DNA from: Escherichia coli
GTDB lineage: Bacteria > Pseudomonadota > Gammaproteobacteria > Enterobacterales > Enterobacteriaceae
Reading direction: 5' to 3' (one strand)
DNA length: 64,000 nt
Assembly: GCF_045037415.1 (NCBI RefSeq)
Contig: NZ_CP173438.1
Shown here: piece after piece, positions 13,892 through 23,442 of the stretch
Numbering within the stretch: the first letter of the stretch is position 1
Layout: the number at the start of each line of letters is the position of its first letter
Translations under genes and position numbers: made by a program
Notes under the pieces: model-generated
What the model was told of the DNA's origin: nothing
What the model saw: the letters and a program-made list of their open reading frames with translations, nothing else
Database searches by the model: none

Positions 13892-15469
13892 ATGACGGAA
13901 AACATTCATAAGCATCGCATCCTCATTCTGGACTTCGGTTCCCAGTATACTCAACTGGTTGCGCGCCGCGTGCGTGAACTGGGGGTTTACTGCGAACTGT
14001 GGGCGTGGGATGTGACAGAAGCACAAATTCGTGACTTCAATCCAAGCGGCATTATTCTTTCCGGCGGCCCGGAAAGTACTACTGAAGAAAACAGCCCGCG
14101 TGCGCCGCAGTATGTCTTTGAAGCAGGCGTACCGGTATTCGGCGTTTGCTATGGTATGCAGACCATGGCGATGCAGTTGGGCGGTCACGTTGAGGCTTCT
14201 AATGAACGTGAATTTGGCTACGCGCAGGTTGAAGTCGTAAACGACAGCGCACTGGTTCGCGGTATCGAAGATGCTCTGACCGCAGATGGTAAACCGCTGC
14301 TGGACGTCTGGATGAGCCACGGCGATAAAGTTACCGCTATCCCGTCCGACTTCGTCACCGTAGCCAGCACCGAAAGCTGCCCGTTTGCCATCATGGCCAA
14401 CGAAGAAAAACGCTTCTATGGCGTACAGTTCCACCCGGAAGTGACTCACACCCGCCAGGGTATGCGCATGCTGGAGCGTTTTGTGCGTGATATCTGCCAG
14501 TGTGAAGCCCTGTGGACGCCAGCGAAAATTATCGACGACGCTGTAGCCCGCATCCGCGAGCAGGTAGGCGACGATAAAGTCATCCTCGGCCTCTCTGGTG
14601 GCGTGGATTCCTCCGTAACCGCAATGCTGTTGCACCGCGCTATCGGTAAAAACCTGACTTGCGTATTCGTCGACAACGGCCTGCTGCGTCTCAACGAAGC
14701 AGAGCAGGTTCTGGATATGTTTGGCGATCACTTTGGTCTGAACATTGTTCACGTACCGGCAGAAGATCGCTTCTTGTCAGCGCTGGCTGGCGAAAACGAT
14801 CCGGAAGCAAAACGTAAAATCATCGGGCGCGTTTTCGTTGAAGTATTCGATGAAGAAGCGCTGAAACTGGAAGACGTGAAGTGGCTGGCGCAGGGCACCA
14901 TCTACCCTGACGTTATCGAATCTGCTGCTTCTGCAACCGGTAAAGCACACGTCATCAAATCTCACCACAACGTGGGTGGGCTGCCGAAAGAGATGAAGAT
15001 GGGCCTGGTTGAACCGCTGAAAGAGCTGTTCAAAGACGAAGTGCGTAAGATTGGTCTGGAGCTGGGCCTGCCGTATGACATGTTGTACCGTCACCCGTTC
15101 CCGGGACCAGGCCTTGGCGTTCGTGTTCTGGGGGAAGTGAAGAAAGAGTATTGTGACCTGCTGCGCCGTGCTGACGCCATCTTCATTGAAGAACTGCGTA
15201 AAGCGGACCTGTACGACAAAGTCAGCCAGGCGTTCACCGTCTTCCTGCCAGTACGTTCCGTTGGCGTAATGGGCGATGGTCGTAAGTATGACTGGGTTGT
15301 CTCTCTGCGTGCTGTCGAAACCATCGACTTTATGACCGCACACTGGGCACATCTGCCGTACGATTTCCTCGGTCGAGTTTCCAACCGCATTATCAATGAA
15401 GTGAATGGTATTTCCCGCGTGGTGTATGACATCAGCGGCAAGCCACCAGCAACTATTGAGTGGGAATGA
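13892..15469 (+). CDS. guaA: GMP synthase (glutamine-hydrolysing)
   Basis: 525-aa protein [36 protein letters not shown]..; glutamine amidotransferase plus ATP-pyrophosphatase (SGGVDSSV) domains. The last codons (IEWE-stop) lie within the prophage att core. Confidence 0.95.
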   Translation: MTENIHKHRILILDFGSQYTQLVARRVRELGVYCELWAWDVTEAQIRDFNPSGIILSGGPESTTEENSPRAPQYVFEAGVPVFGVCYGMQTMAMQLGGHVEASNEREFGYAQVEVVNDSALVRGIEDALTADGKPLLDVWMSHGDKVTAIPSDFVTVASTESCPFAIMANEEKRFYGVQFHPEVTHTRQGMRMLERFVRDICQCEALWTPAKIIDDAVARIREQVGDDKVILGLSGGVDSSVTAMLLHRAIGKNLTCVFVDNGLLRLNEAEQVLDMFGDHFGLNIVHVPAEDRFLSALAGENDPEAKRKIIGRVFVEVFDEEALKLEDVKWLAQGTIYPDVIESAASATGKAHVIKSHHNVGGLPKEMKMGLVEPLKELFKDEVRKIGLELGLPYDMLYRHPFPGPGLGVRVLGEVKKEYCDLLRRADAIFIEELRKADLYDKVSQAFTVFLPVRSVGVMGDGRKYDWVVSLRAVETIDFMTAHWAHLPYDFLGRVSNRIINEVNGISRVVYDISGKPPATIEWE

Positions 15470-15471
15470 TT
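15455..15471. repeat. attL core (17-bp direct repeat) overlapping guaA stop codon
   Basis: Identical 17-mer at 55459-55475. Confidence 0.8.
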
Positions 15472-15517
15472 AACAGCTAACTCATAGCAACTCATTCCTA
15501 TTCAGATACTAATTTAA

Positions 15518-15546
15518 CCCTCTGTTTTTACAGAGGGTTTTTGTTT
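15518..15546 (+). terminator. Rho-independent terminator downstream of guaA (phage-supplied copy)
   Basis: ccctctg-ttttta-cagaggg plus T-run; near-identical hairpin with a different loop at 55502-55527. Confidence 0.7.
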
Positions 15547-15604
15547 TTATGTATTCATTTCTATTCACTCTACACCATATTTTTCGTCGGTACAGGTGAC
15601 GGTA

Positions 15605-15619
15605 TTACCTTAAAGGTAT
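15605..15619. promoter_or_regulatory. Imperfect copy of prophage palindromic motif (TTACC-TTAAA-GGTAT) upstream of int
   Basis: One mismatch to TTACC-N5-GGTAA; 43 bp upstream of int start. Confidence 0.4.
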
Positions 15620-15661
15620 ACTCTCATACCGTCATGAAAATGGTTTCTATACGGGTGAATT

Positions 15662-16918
15662 GTGCTTACCGATACAAAATTAAAAAACCTCAAGCCGCAG
15701 GACAAACTGTACAAGGTCTCCGATCGTGACGGGCTGTATGTAGCTGTGCTTACGTCAGGCACGGTCTCGTTTCGCTATGACTACCGTATCAACGGTCGCC
15801 GCGAAACACTGGTAATCGGGCAGTATGGGCGTGACGGTATCAGCCTGGCAGAAGCGCGAGAAGAACTGATTGCTGCAAAGAAGCTGCTTAAAGCAGGCCA
15901 GTCACCGGCTGCGGCTAAACGTGACGGTATTAAAAAGATTCGTGGTGCCGAGACGTTTGCGGTACATACCGACAGTTATATGAAACACGTCATCCTGGCT
16001 GACAGTACCCGCGCAATGAAGCAGGCGGTGATCGACCGTGACATACTTCCGGTTCTTGGCAACAAAATGATGGCTGAAATTACCACATCAATGGTTCGTG
16101 ATTTGTGTGACCGGATTGTCGAACGCGGTGGTCGGGCAACAGCAGTACAGGCCAGGGAGATCATCAGCAGCGTATACCGTCACGCCAATGACCGTGGTCA
16201 TGGTTTGTTTAATCCTGCGGCTGACATTAAACCTTCGTCTATCGCCATATTTAAACCACGAGAGCGAACACTGACACCAGAAGAAATTGGCCTGTTCTTC
16301 CGCACGCTGGATGCCATTGGTGCTATGGGCACTATGAAAATGGCTTTAAAGCTGGTGCTTATCACCATGGTTCGTAAGGGAGAATTCACCAATGCAACGT
16401 GGGATGAAATAGATTTTAAAAAATGGACATGGACAATTCCTTCAGACCGCATGAAGGGAAGTCGGGCGCACGTTATTTACCTGCCTAAACAGGCACAGGA
16501 TATATTAGTCGGGTTGCAGATGTGCGCTGGTGGAAGTGAATATCTGGTTCCTGGTCGTTACAATTTCCGGAAGCCATTATCTAATGCCGCGCTGAACTCT
16601 CTGATCGACAGAACGGTGAAAATAATAAATGAAGATGGTGAGCATATTCAGGATTTTACTGTACATGATATGCGCCGTACAGCCAGTACATTGTTGCATG
16701 AGGCTGGTTATCCTTCAGACTGGATTGAAAAGGCTCTGGCACACGAGCAGAAAGGTGTGCGCGCCGTATATAACAAAGCGGAATACGCCAGACAGCGCGC
16801 CTACATGTTGCAGCAGTGGGCCGATATGATTGATTCCTGGATTAACGGGGAGCATACGGATCTGATTCCGTTCTCCCCGTCGAAGTTTGAGAAGTGGATG
16901 GAAGACAGTAATAAATAA
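15662..16918 (+). CDS. int: Tyrosine integrase (P4-type N-terminal arm-binding domain)
   Basis: GTG start; MLTDTKLKNLKPQDKLYKVSDRDGLYVAV.. typical of P4-like integrases; C-terminal catalytic region with HxxR and terminal Tyr; adjacent to attL. Confidence 0.9.
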   Translation: MLTDTKLKNLKPQDKLYKVSDRDGLYVAVLTSGTVSFRYDYRINGRRETLVIGQYGRDGISLAEAREELIAAKKLLKAGQSPAAAKRDGIKKIRGAETFAVHTDSYMKHVILADSTRAMKQAVIDRDILPVLGNKMMAEITTSMVRDLCDRIVERGGRATAVQAREIISSVYRHANDRGHGLFNPAADIKPSSIAIFKPRERTLTPEEIGLFFRTLDAIGAMGTMKMALKLVLITMVRKGEFTNATWDEIDFKKWTWTIPSDRMKGSRAHVIYLPKQAQDILVGLQMCAGGSEYLVPGRYNFRKPLSNAALNSLIDRTVKIINEDGEHIQDFTVHDMRRTASTLLHEAGYPSDWIEKALAHEQKGVRAVYNKAEYARQRAYMLQQWADMIDSWINGEHTDLIPFSPSKFEKWMEDSNK

Positions 16919-16920
16919 TT

Positions 16921-17580
16921 CTATCCTTCCTGGACTTTGGTAAGCGTCAGATTTCCGCAGAACACTGCGCCGGTGTCGATGTACATTTGGTTTGCATACA
17001 CCAGTGGGTGATGTGCTGGCGTATGACCGAAGATGAACAAATCGGCACCGGTTATCTCCGAGACAATACCGTCCTGCGCGTCGCTAACCCGCTCACGATT
17101 CCATATCACCATTTCTTCCGGTACTGGCTTATCGAATGCGTATTCGTTGTGCGGGTAGTCTGCGTGGCAGATGACGACCTTCTTATTGCCGGTAACCAGT
17201 TCGATAATCATCGGGAGGTTGGTAACCTTTGGCAGAAGGTATTTGAGTTGCACATCCTGCTCAGAATCAAGTTGGTGCCACCATCCACCGCCGTTTGACA
17301 TCCAATGTCCGAAACTTCCGCCGTTGACCAGTGCATCCAGCATCATCTGCTCATGGTTGCCACGAACAGCTCGGAACCACGGCATAGTAATCAAATCCAG
17401 GCATTCGACGTTTTCAGCGCCGCGGTCAACAAGGTCACCAACGGAAATAAGCAAATCGCGCGCCGGGTCGAATGAAACTTTGTCGAGTTCGTTCATCAGC
17501 AGCGTGTAGCACCCATGCAGATCGCCGACGACGAAGATATTGCACCAGTCAGCGCCATTGATGCGTTGATATAGGTTCAT
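16921..17580 (-). CDS. Ser/Thr protein phosphatase (lambda PPase / PrpA-like metallophosphatase)
   Basis: GDLHG, GDLVDRG and GNHE metallophosphatase motifs; start taken at MNLYQRING to avoid overlap with the upstream gene. Confidence 0.8.
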   Translation of the reverse strand: MNLYQRINGADWCNIFVVGDLHGCYTLLMNELDKVSFDPARDLLISVGDLVDRGAENVECLDLITMPWFRAVRGNHEQMMLDALVNGGSFGHWMSNGGGWWHQLDSEQDVQLKYLLPKVTNLPMIIELVTGNKKVVICHADYPHNEYAFDKPVPEEMVIWNRERVSDAQDGIVSEITGADLFIFGHTPAHHPLVYANQMYIDTGAVFCGNLTLTKVQEG

Positions 17581-18239
17581 GCTGCACGCTCCCGCCCCTG
17601 GTTGTCTGTTGGTGACAGCGGAGCATTGCTGAATGCATTTGTTAATCCGCCGATATCCAACGCGTATCCAGGGTGTAGTTGCACTGCCGGGTCTTCGCAC
17701 TGATTACCCCAAACATCGAAGCCATGAGACGTCTGGCGGGCGAACAGTTCAATGCGAGAAACATCGCCTAATAATTGCACAAGTTTTTCACGAACGATAT
17801 CTGGCTTTCTTGAATGCTCAAGCCGCGGTGCGGTAAATGACTGAACGATCCCTGCATTAATGCGCGTAGGTAGTTTTCCCTTTACCGCAAACAGGCAATC
17901 TTCACTATTGGCGCGAGTCATGTGTCCCATACCCATAACCAGTTTATCTGGTTGTCGACTACCACATTTTATCCACGTGAAGCCCTTCATCGTCATCAGA
18001 CGGAATCCCCAGGCTTCAACAACTTTTAGTGCTTCGAGTGGTTGTGTTGGCACCCACCACATGGCCAACAGACAGTTTTCATCGGCCAAATCCCACACAG
18101 GAAGGCGGCAGATATCCAGCACACTCATAACCGGATATTTAAAACCGGCACCGCGATTACCATCTGCGGCTTTGTCCCGGTATACCCAGGGTGGATCTGC
18201 ATAGATTAGTGTGTATTTCTTAGTCATAAACCACCCCAC
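17577..18239 (-). CDS. DNA N6-adenine methyltransferase (MT-A70-like)
   Basis: DPPW motif (..[12 protein letters not shown]..) near the N-terminus; overlaps the phosphatase start by 4 nt. Confidence 0.75.
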   Translation of the reverse strand: MGWFMTKKYTLIYADPPWVYRDKAADGNRGAGFKYPVMSVLDICRLPVWDLADENCLLAMWWVPTQPLEALKVVEAWGFRLMTMKGFTWIKCGSRQPDKLVMGMGHMTRANSEDCLFAVKGKLPTRINAGIVQSFTAPRLEHSRKPDIVREKLVQLLGDVSRIELFARQTSHGFDVWGNQCEDPAVQLHPGYALDIGGLTNAFSNAPLSPTDNQGRERAA

Positions 18240-18486
18240 AACATCCTATGCCGCTATAGTCGCCACGGCGAAGGCCGTTACCTTTTGTGATACATTGGTC
18301 CCTGCGAACCGCGATCCTTGCACGTTCAACATCACCAGAAGCAACATCCATACACTGAAGCCAAAGGTGAGCGGCAATGCGGAATTGCCCTTTTTTCTCT
18401 CTTTCAATCGCGCGTTTTTCGATCTCTATCGCCGCAGGAGTAACGGCGACAATCTTTGACGGACTGCGCATTGAAACCTTATTCAT
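18220..18486 (-). CDS. Small hypothetical prophage protein (possibly ANR-type regulator)
   Basis: ORF only; start uncertain (M at 18519, 18486 or 18471). Confidence 0.3.
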   Translation of the reverse strand: MNKVSMRSPSKIVAVTPAAIEIEKRAIEREKKGQFRIAAHLWLQCMDVASGDVERARIAVRRDQCITKGNGLRRGDYSGIGCCGVVYD

Positions 18487-18628
18487 GTGATATTTTTCAA
18501 GTCGGCTTAACTTTCTCACTTAATCCAACCCTCTCTGAAAATTAATGCCAGCAGATAAAGCCATGCTGAAACAGAGGCCAGGAATAAGTACCATCCTGAC
18601 CATTTGCTCCAGTGCCTTAGCAGCGCAC

Positions 18629-18877
18629 TCATGCAGCGTTGCTCACGGGACGATATACACGTTGCTGAACAGGAGGCTTTTTACCCTGGAACTCTGCCGG
18701 GCTTGCTGCCTGACGTTCATCAAGCCAACGCTCAACTTCATCACGGTTCCATGCGCAGCGTTTATCGGTGATATACCAGCGTTTAGGAAATTCCCCTGCG
18801 CGCTCCATACGGTCGATAGTGCTCCATGACAGTGGCACCACCGCCAGGAGTTCTTTCTTACCTAATGCACCTTTCAT
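18629..18877 (-). CDS. AlpA-family phage regulatory protein / excisionase-like HTH
   Basis: 82 aa; ..LSWSTIDRMERAGEFPKRWYITDKRCAWNRDEVERWL.. resembles AlpA/Xis-type winged helix; located in the int-proximal early operon. Confidence 0.6.
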   Translation of the reverse strand: MKGALGKKELLAVVPLSWSTIDRMERAGEFPKRWYITDKRCAWNRDEVERWLDERQAASPAEFQGKKPPVQQRVYRPVSNAA

Positions 18878-18926
18878 GAATACCTCTCTTGGTTGCAGTG
18901 CGGCGCACGTGGCGCCGCGGTGGTGG

Positions 18927-19868
18927 TTACATAGATGTTTCGTTTAATTCTTCCCGACGAACGCTGTAAACGTCGGTTGCTTTTGCCAGCAGTTCGTCAT
19001 CATCTGAAAGTTTTTGTGCAATGTATTTGTAAGCCTTATCCAGTTCGGAGACAGTGCTGTAATTCATCGCTGCGCTGGTAAAGGCCATCAGCATTTCTTC
19101 TGGATCACGGCTGTCCGATTTACGCGTTTGCTCATCAGGCTTTTTCGCTGGTTTAGCGTTGATCAGACTGTTCATTCCCGCAGCAGTGGTCGTTTGCGGA
19201 GTAATGTCTCGCTCAACGCGCGGTGCCGTTTCCTGTAATTCGTCTGGGGTGTAGACGCCCATGATTACGTCAGGACAGTGCAGGCGAGACCAGCGTTTTG
19301 TCGCAAGGTATGCGAGTTGTTGTTTCGGATCACTGGCCCAAAGTGTGGAGTTTCTTACCTGTGCTTGAGACAGCATTAACTCAAGCACTCGAGGTTGATC
19401 CTCGCCCTTCATGGTTGCCCATACGCGAACACCGCAGCCTTCTTCGTCTTTTAGAGTCCAGCCTGGTGCGATATATGGATTGCCGTTTTTGGATGTTTTC
19501 TCAACAAACTTACCGATCACGCGTTCCCACGGCCCGAACCACTCGTAGTTGATGCGATCTTTTGTTGGCGACATCGTTGAGATAACTGCGTTTACTAATT
19601 GGGCTTCATAACCTAGCGTGCCGTTCACAACATGGGTTTTCTGAGCCACGGCAAACGGGTTCATTCCCCACTGCGCAGCCTGCATTGCCACGGCCATGCA
19701 ATCAGCTGGTTTCCCGGCGAGGTGCGCCGGTACCGTTACGCGGCTTTGCGCCATTACCTCGGCGAATTTCATCAGTTGGTTCAAGCCGTCTGGGCTGAAA
19801 ATAGTTGCAGCAGTTCCAGCGATTGCTGTGTCTACTGGTGCGTTGATGTTTGCGATGTCGTTGCTCAT
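18927..19868 (-). CDS. RecT-family single-strand annealing recombinase
   Basis: RecT-like sequence; start at MSNDIANI overlapping the stop of the upstream exonuclease gene. Confidence 0.75.
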   Translation of the reverse strand: MSNDIANINAPVDTAIAGTAATIFSPDGLNQLMKFAEVMAQSRVTVPAHLAGKPADCMAVAMQAAQWGMNPFAVAQKTHVVNGTLGYEAQLVNAVISTMSPTKDRINYEWFGPWERVIGKFVEKTSKNGNPYIAPGWTLKDEEGCGVRVWATMKGEDQPRVLELMLSQAQVRNSTLWASDPKQQLAYLATKRWSRLHCPDVIMGVYTPDELQETAPRVERDITPQTTTAAGMNSLINAKPAKKPDEQTRKSDSRDPEEMLMAFTSAAMNYSTVSELDKAYKYIAQKLSDDDELLAKATDVYSVRREELNETSM

Positions 19869-20686
19869 ATGTACATATCCTGTTTGCGTGCCCACTCAGG
19901 GCGTTTAATGATTTCCACACCGCCCCATTCATCATTGATGCGGCATTCGTGATAGGTATTCAGATCCCGGCGGAACAGAGCGTGCCCGGCATCGACATCC
20001 TGCGCATCCAGCTCGAACACGCGTACCGGATACCGACCACAATCAATGCTTTCGCTCACGGCAAGAAAGAAAAAACCATGCGGCTGACCAGTAACCCTCA
20101 TTGCGCCTTCGCGGTACATTGCGTCCTGCACGTGGTAGCGGAATTCCTCGATGTGGCGTGCAAAACGGTCCATATCTGCAACCTTTTTCACGTCGACGAT
20201 CACGTTGTGCTCGTTCAGCCATTTGTCTGGACGAATTCGGCACAACTCCCCCGTCTCTTCATCGTTCCAGTACATTGATGCTTCGCAGTAACCAGGTGCT
20301 TCCAGCATCCAGCGTGCCGCCGGGTGAGCCATTGCGCTATCACGCATCAGCTCCAGTTTCCGCCACTGCTCGGCATCAAGTACCGTAATCCCCATATCCG
20401 CCACATCACGAAGAAATTCCTCTTCGTCAGCTTTACCTTGTTTCGTCCGACGATCGAATTTCGGTGAAACAATGAAGCGTTTGTCGAACTCTCCAGGCTC
20501 CAGAAGCAGACAGTGCAATGCGGTTCCCATATCCAGTGCAGACTTTTTCTCTTCGTCTTCTGGTGCTGCCTGAACCCATTTAAGAAGCGCCGGATTCTTG
20601 GCAACCATGTCCAGTTGCGACTTACTCACGCCGTCACCGGCGTGGTAGTCTTCGTTGCTGATGTCGAAATAAATTCCCGGTTTCAT
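19865..20686 (-). CDS. PD-(D/E)XK exonuclease (phage recombination exonuclease, YqaJ/RecE-like)
   Basis: 273 aa immediately upstream of RecT in the same operon; conserved D..E.K-type nuclease signature region (..VIVDVKKV..). Confidence 0.6.
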   Translation of the reverse strand: MKPGIYFDISNEDYHAGDGVSKSQLDMVAKNPALLKWVQAAPEDEEKKSALDMGTALHCLLLEPGEFDKRFIVSPKFDRRTKQGKADEEEFLRDVADMGITVLDAEQWRKLELMRDSAMAHPAARWMLEAPGYCEASMYWNDEETGELCRIRPDKWLNEHNVIVDVKKVADMDRFARHIEEFRYHVQDAMYREGAMRVTGQPHGFFFLAVSESIDCGRYPVRVFELDAQDVDAGHALFRRDLNTYHECRINDEWGGVEIIKRPEWARKQDMYI

Positions 20687-20982
20687 GCCGCGTCCCTCTG
20701 CCCATCAAGCTGATCAGCCAGATCCCAGCGGGCGATAATTGCCATTGCCTCGCGCCGGTAGGCATCCATTAGTTCTTCGAACTCAGGGCTGTCTTTAGCG
20801 GCCTCCAGTACTTCCTGGCGAACGCCTTTAACTGTTACAACGTCGAAAGTTGATGCCAGTTGATGAAGCCGGATACTCTCAATCAGTTCAACTTGTCGGT
20901 CATATAGCTGTTCTGACAGACGGTAGTCCTTGTCGAATGCCAGCATGATTTTTTGAAGATTTTTCTGCTGATTAACGTTCAT
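20683..20982 (-). CDS. Hypothetical early-left protein
   Basis: ORF MNVNQQKNLQKIMLAF..; tightly coupled to flanking genes. Confidence 0.4.
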   Translation of the reverse strand: MNVNQQKNLQKIMLAFDKDYRLSEQLYDRQVELIESIRLHQLASTFDVVTVKGVRQEVLEAAKDSPEFEELMDAYRREAMAIIARWDLADQLDGQRDAA

Positions 20983-20984
20983 TA

Positions 20985-21137
20985 TCAGCCCTCCCATATC
21001 TCGTTATCGTTGGCCACATCGCGAGCTTCTTTGCTGACGAAAGCCCACTTAATGCCTTCCTGTAAGGTGCGGAACTTCCAGCTCATGAATCCGCATGCAG
21101 TAACGCAGTACCAACCGTTGATGATTTTCCACTGCAT
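20985..21137 (-). CDS. Small hypothetical protein (50 aa), first gene of the leftward early operon
   Basis: Translated by hand: MQWKIINGWYCVTACGFMSWKFRTLQEGIKWAFVSKEARDVANDNEIWEG; SD gaggt 9 nt upstream; below ORF-track size cutoff. Confidence 0.4.
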   Translation of the reverse strand: MQWKIINGWYCVTACGFMSWKFRTLQEGIKWAFVSKEARDVANDNEIWEG

Positions 21138-21156
21138 AACTTGTTACCTCGGTCTG

Positions 21157-21171
21157 TTACCGTTGAGGTAA
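21157..21171. promoter_or_regulatory. Palindromic operator-like motif TTACC-GTTGA-GGTAA at the leftward early promoter
   Basis: Perfect copy; abuts a -10-like element of a minus-strand promoter whose -35 TTGACA is at 21194-21199. Confidence 0.6.
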
Positions 21172-21218
21172 TAATTATGCGTATATGGTTTGATGTCAAT
21201 AGATATGAGTTAAAAAAA

Positions 21219-21233
21219 TTACCCGTTAGGTAA
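21219..21233. promoter_or_regulatory. Palindromic operator-like motif TTACC-CGTTA-GGTAA
   Basis: Perfect copy 62 bp from the copy at 21157; paired arrangement. Confidence 0.6.
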
Positions 21234-21244
21234 TCGAATAGGCA

Positions 21245-21270
21245 ATAAAAAAGCCGCCATAAGGCGGCTT
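21245..21270 (-). terminator. Rho-independent terminator after repressor gene
   Basis: On minus strand aagccgcc-ttat-ggcggctt followed by TTTTTT. Confidence 0.6.
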
Positions 21271-21290
21271 ACTTACTGAAAAATATGGTT

Positions 21291-21875
21291 TTATTGTTTG
21301 TTTTTTTCGTTCTGGTTGATGACAAATTCAATGTAACTTTCGATCTTTGCTTTCTCGGTTTCGGGTAACAATGCGTAGCGTGAGCGGTCATAGTTGATAG
21401 TCGCAGGGTCGTGCGGGTGAATCAGTAGTTCATATCCGTGACGCCCGAATGCGGATGCAACATTCTCCAGGGTGGAAATGGAAACGCTGACCTCATTGTT
21501 TAACAGGCGGCTGATTGTCACCTGGGCGACGCCGGATGCGCGGTGAAGTTTTCCCTGAGTTGAAAGGTCGCGGCTTTCACTCATCCAGCGTTCCAGGTTG
21601 TGAGCTGCCAGCTGACCAATGTCGCTTGGGCCGACAGGCTGAAAACCTTCCTGAGAAAGCGAGCGATCGATATCAAGCCAGTTACGGGGTTTATTGGCGG
21701 CAGCTTCAATTTTTCGCGCAACCTGGTCGCCGATAACCTTCTTGCCAAGAGCCCAGCGGTTTACCAGATTTGCCTGAGTTCCAAGTTTTTCTGCCATCCG
21801 CGTCTGAACACCATTGAATTCACGGTCGATCAAGTCGTTGAGATTTTGCCTGCGGACGTCCTGGATACTTTTCAT
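21291..21875 (-). CDS. Prophage repressor-like regulator with two HTH modules and no peptidase S24 domain
   Basis: 194 aa; two HTH-like segments (..TRMAEKLGTQANLVNRW.. and ..ASGVAQVTISRLLNNE..); divergent from the Cro-like gene; no Ser/Lys autocleavage domain. Confidence 0.6.
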   Translation of the reverse strand: MKSIQDVRRQNLNDLIDREFNGVQTRMAEKLGTQANLVNRWALGKKVIGDQVARKIEAAANKPRNWLDIDRSLSQEGFQPVGPSDIGQLAAHNLERWMSESRDLSTQGKLHRASGVAQVTISRLLNNEVSVSISTLENVASAFGRHGYELLIHPHDPATINYDRSRYALLPETEKAKIESYIEFVINQNEKNKQ

Positions 21876-21930
21876 TTTCTGGAAAATCGCCTCATATATG
21901 AATCAGTAGATGATTCAATTTAAAGCAATA

Positions 21931-21945
21931 TTACCCAACAGGTAA
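21931..21945. promoter_or_regulatory. Palindromic operator-like motif TTACC-CAACA-GGTAA in the repressor/cro intergenic region
   Basis: Perfect copy. Confidence 0.6.
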
Positions 21946-21951
21946 ATGCAC

Positions 21952-21990
21952 CCCATAGGTAACTATCCTTGATTTTTGTTACCTTATGGG
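21952..21990. promoter_or_regulatory. Second inverted repeat in the immunity region (cccataggtaac-N14-gttaccttatggg) overlapping the putative rightward promoter -35
   Basis: Half-sites GGTAAC/GTTACC in outward orientation; candidate rightward promoter -35 TTGTTA 21976-21981 and -10 TATTAT 21999-22004. Confidence 0.45.
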
Positions 21991-22029
21991 TGAATATTTA
22001 TTATCTGAAATAAATATCAGGCAATAGCT

Positions 22030-22260
22030 ATGAGCGATAACGGACATTTCGATTTCAAAAAGCACTGGCTTGCACTTACTCCGGATGAGCGTGAAGCCTT
22101 CGCACAGGAAGCCGGAACGACGAGTCACTATATCCAGACTCACTTAACAGGTAAGCGCAAAATGCCAGGTAAGGTATTGATGAATGGGCTTTTTAAAGCA
22201 TGTAAAACAAGACAATGGCTGCGCTCAAAAGCGGAACTGGCATACTTCTTCTACTCATGA
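22030..22260 (+). CDS. Cro/CII-like small HTH regulator
   Basis: 76 aa, HTH-like ..EAGTTSHYIQTHLTGKRKMP..; divergent from repressor. Confidence 0.5.
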   Translation: MSDNGHFDFKKHWLALTPDEREAFAQEAGTTSHYIQTHLTGKRKMPGKVLMNGLFKACKTRQWLRSKAELAYFFYS

Positions 22261-22282
22261 TATCTGGCAACAACCCTCTGTA

Positions 22283-22304
22283 GACCGCCATCCGGCGGTC
22301 TTTT
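22283..22304 (+). terminator. Rho-independent terminator after cro-like gene (tR1-like)
   Basis: gaccgcc-atcc-ggcggtc followed by TTTT. Confidence 0.55.
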
Positions 22305-22315
22305 CATATCTATTC

Positions 22316-22330
22316 GTACCTCAAAGGTAA
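22316..22330. promoter_or_regulatory. Imperfect palindromic motif GTACC-TCAAA-GGTAA
   Basis: One mismatch to TTACC-N5-GGTAA; just downstream of the tR1-like terminator. Confidence 0.4.
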
Positions 22331-22410
22331 TAAAAAACCAAATCTGGTTGATCTTTTTTTTGTGTCAGCACAAAATAACCGTAATCCCAATACTAATAAC
22401 AGGGCTTACC

Positions 22411-22611
22411 ATGGAAATCATTACACGTATTGATGCCGCAAAGCGCGGACTTAAACGCTACTACACCGGAAAACCATGTAAGCACGGACATGACAGTGAA
22501 CGCTGGGTTTACAACGGACACTGTGTTGAGTGCACCATGGAGTCAAACCGTCGCATCAGGGCAGAGATTAAGCAGATCATGATTAATTCCTCCCCACAAC
22601 ATTCAAGCTGA
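22411..22611 (+). CDS. Small Cys/His-rich (zinc-finger-like) hypothetical protein
   Basis: MEIITRIDAAKRGLKRYYTGKPCKHGHDSERWVYNGHCVEC..; start chosen at ATG 22411. Confidence 0.4.
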   Translation: MEIITRIDAAKRGLKRYYTGKPCKHGHDSERWVYNGHCVECTMESNRRIRAEIKQIMINSSPQHSS

Positions 22612-22626
22612 TAGCGGAGATTAATC

Positions 22627-23442
22627 ATGAGCAGACATGCAACAGATTGGGCTTGGGAGACAGATCCAGGTAGCTCATCATTAAAGCTCATACTGCTCTC
22701 GATGGCTGACAGAGCCGATGAATATAACCTCTGCTACCCCAGCATAGAACGCCTCGTTAAAGACACTTGCCTGAATAAAAAAACCGTGCAGGCCGGGCTT
22801 ATATCGCTCATGAAAATGGGGATTATTTCAGATACCGGAGAGAGAAAGGGAGCGACAAAAAGAGTGCGGGTTTTCTCTCTTAATATAACCAAAAACGGGA
22901 ACATTAAAGGCAACCGGGAGGGGGGCAATGAACCCGAAAACGGGAATATACCCGAAAACGGGAATATACCCAAAAACGGGATGTTGAATGATCCCAAAAA
23001 CGGGATGTTGAATGATCCCAAAAACGGGATCCAGAACCAGTCATATAACCAGTCATTTAACCAAGAGAGGGAGAGCAGGACAAAAAGCGGGGATTCTGTG
23101 CCTCATGACCCCGGAGCAAACAACGCCGTGATGAATAACTTTGTTCCTCCTGGTGGGCCAGGGCAATTAGGCAAATTTGTCATGCATGAACAATGGCAGC
23201 CATCAGATGACTTTCTTCGGAAAAGCTCATTGCAGGGGATCTACCTGGACAGTCTGCCAACGGCACAGGAACTTGCAGAGTTCAGAATTTACTGGATGGC
23301 TGAGGGTAAGGCATACCATCAGGCACAGTGGGAGCAGAAGCTGGCAAGGCGGCTGCAGATTAGCAGACAGAAGCAATCAACATTACCTGATAACAACGTT
23401 CCGCACTGGAACAGCCCTGAAGCATGGGAGGATTTCTTGTGA
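22627..23442 (+). CDS. Replication initiator (O-like: N-terminal HTH, internal repeat linker)
   Basis: N-terminal HTH-type domain; in-frame tandem repeats in the middle (NGNIPENGNIPKNGMLNDPKNGMLNDPKNG); directly precedes the P-like helicase loader as lambda O precedes P. Confidence 0.6.
   Translation: MSRHATDWAWETDPGSSSLKLILLSMADRADEYNLCYPSIERLVKDTCLNKKTVQAGLISLMKMGIISDTGERKGATKRVRVFSLNITKNGNIKGNREGGNEPENGNIPENGNIPKNGMLNDPKNGMLNDPKNGIQNQSYNQSFNQERESRTKSGDSVPHDPGANNAVMNNFVPPGGPGQLGKFVMHEQWQPSDDFLRKSSLQGIYLDSLPTAQELAEFRIYWMAEGKAYHQAQWEQKLARRLQISRQKQSTLPDNNVPHWNSPEAWEDFL
22933..23032. repeat. Iteron-like tandem direct repeats inside the replication initiator gene (candidate phage origin)
   Basis: Five copies of the core CCC(G/A)AAAACGGGA: two 18-bp units (cccgaaaacgggaatata), two 24-bp units (cccaaaaacgggatgttgaatgat) and a partial fifth. 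Confidence 0.55.

Noticed and set aside
21876-22029. LexA box in the immunity region
   Set aside because: No CTGT-N8-ACAG match found in the immunity or leftward promoter regions; the only convincing LexA box in the prophage is at 50636-50651.
22933-23032. Tandem repeats considered as a possible CRISPR array
   Set aside because: Repeats are contiguous without unique spacers, lie in frame within a coding gene, and no cas genes are present.
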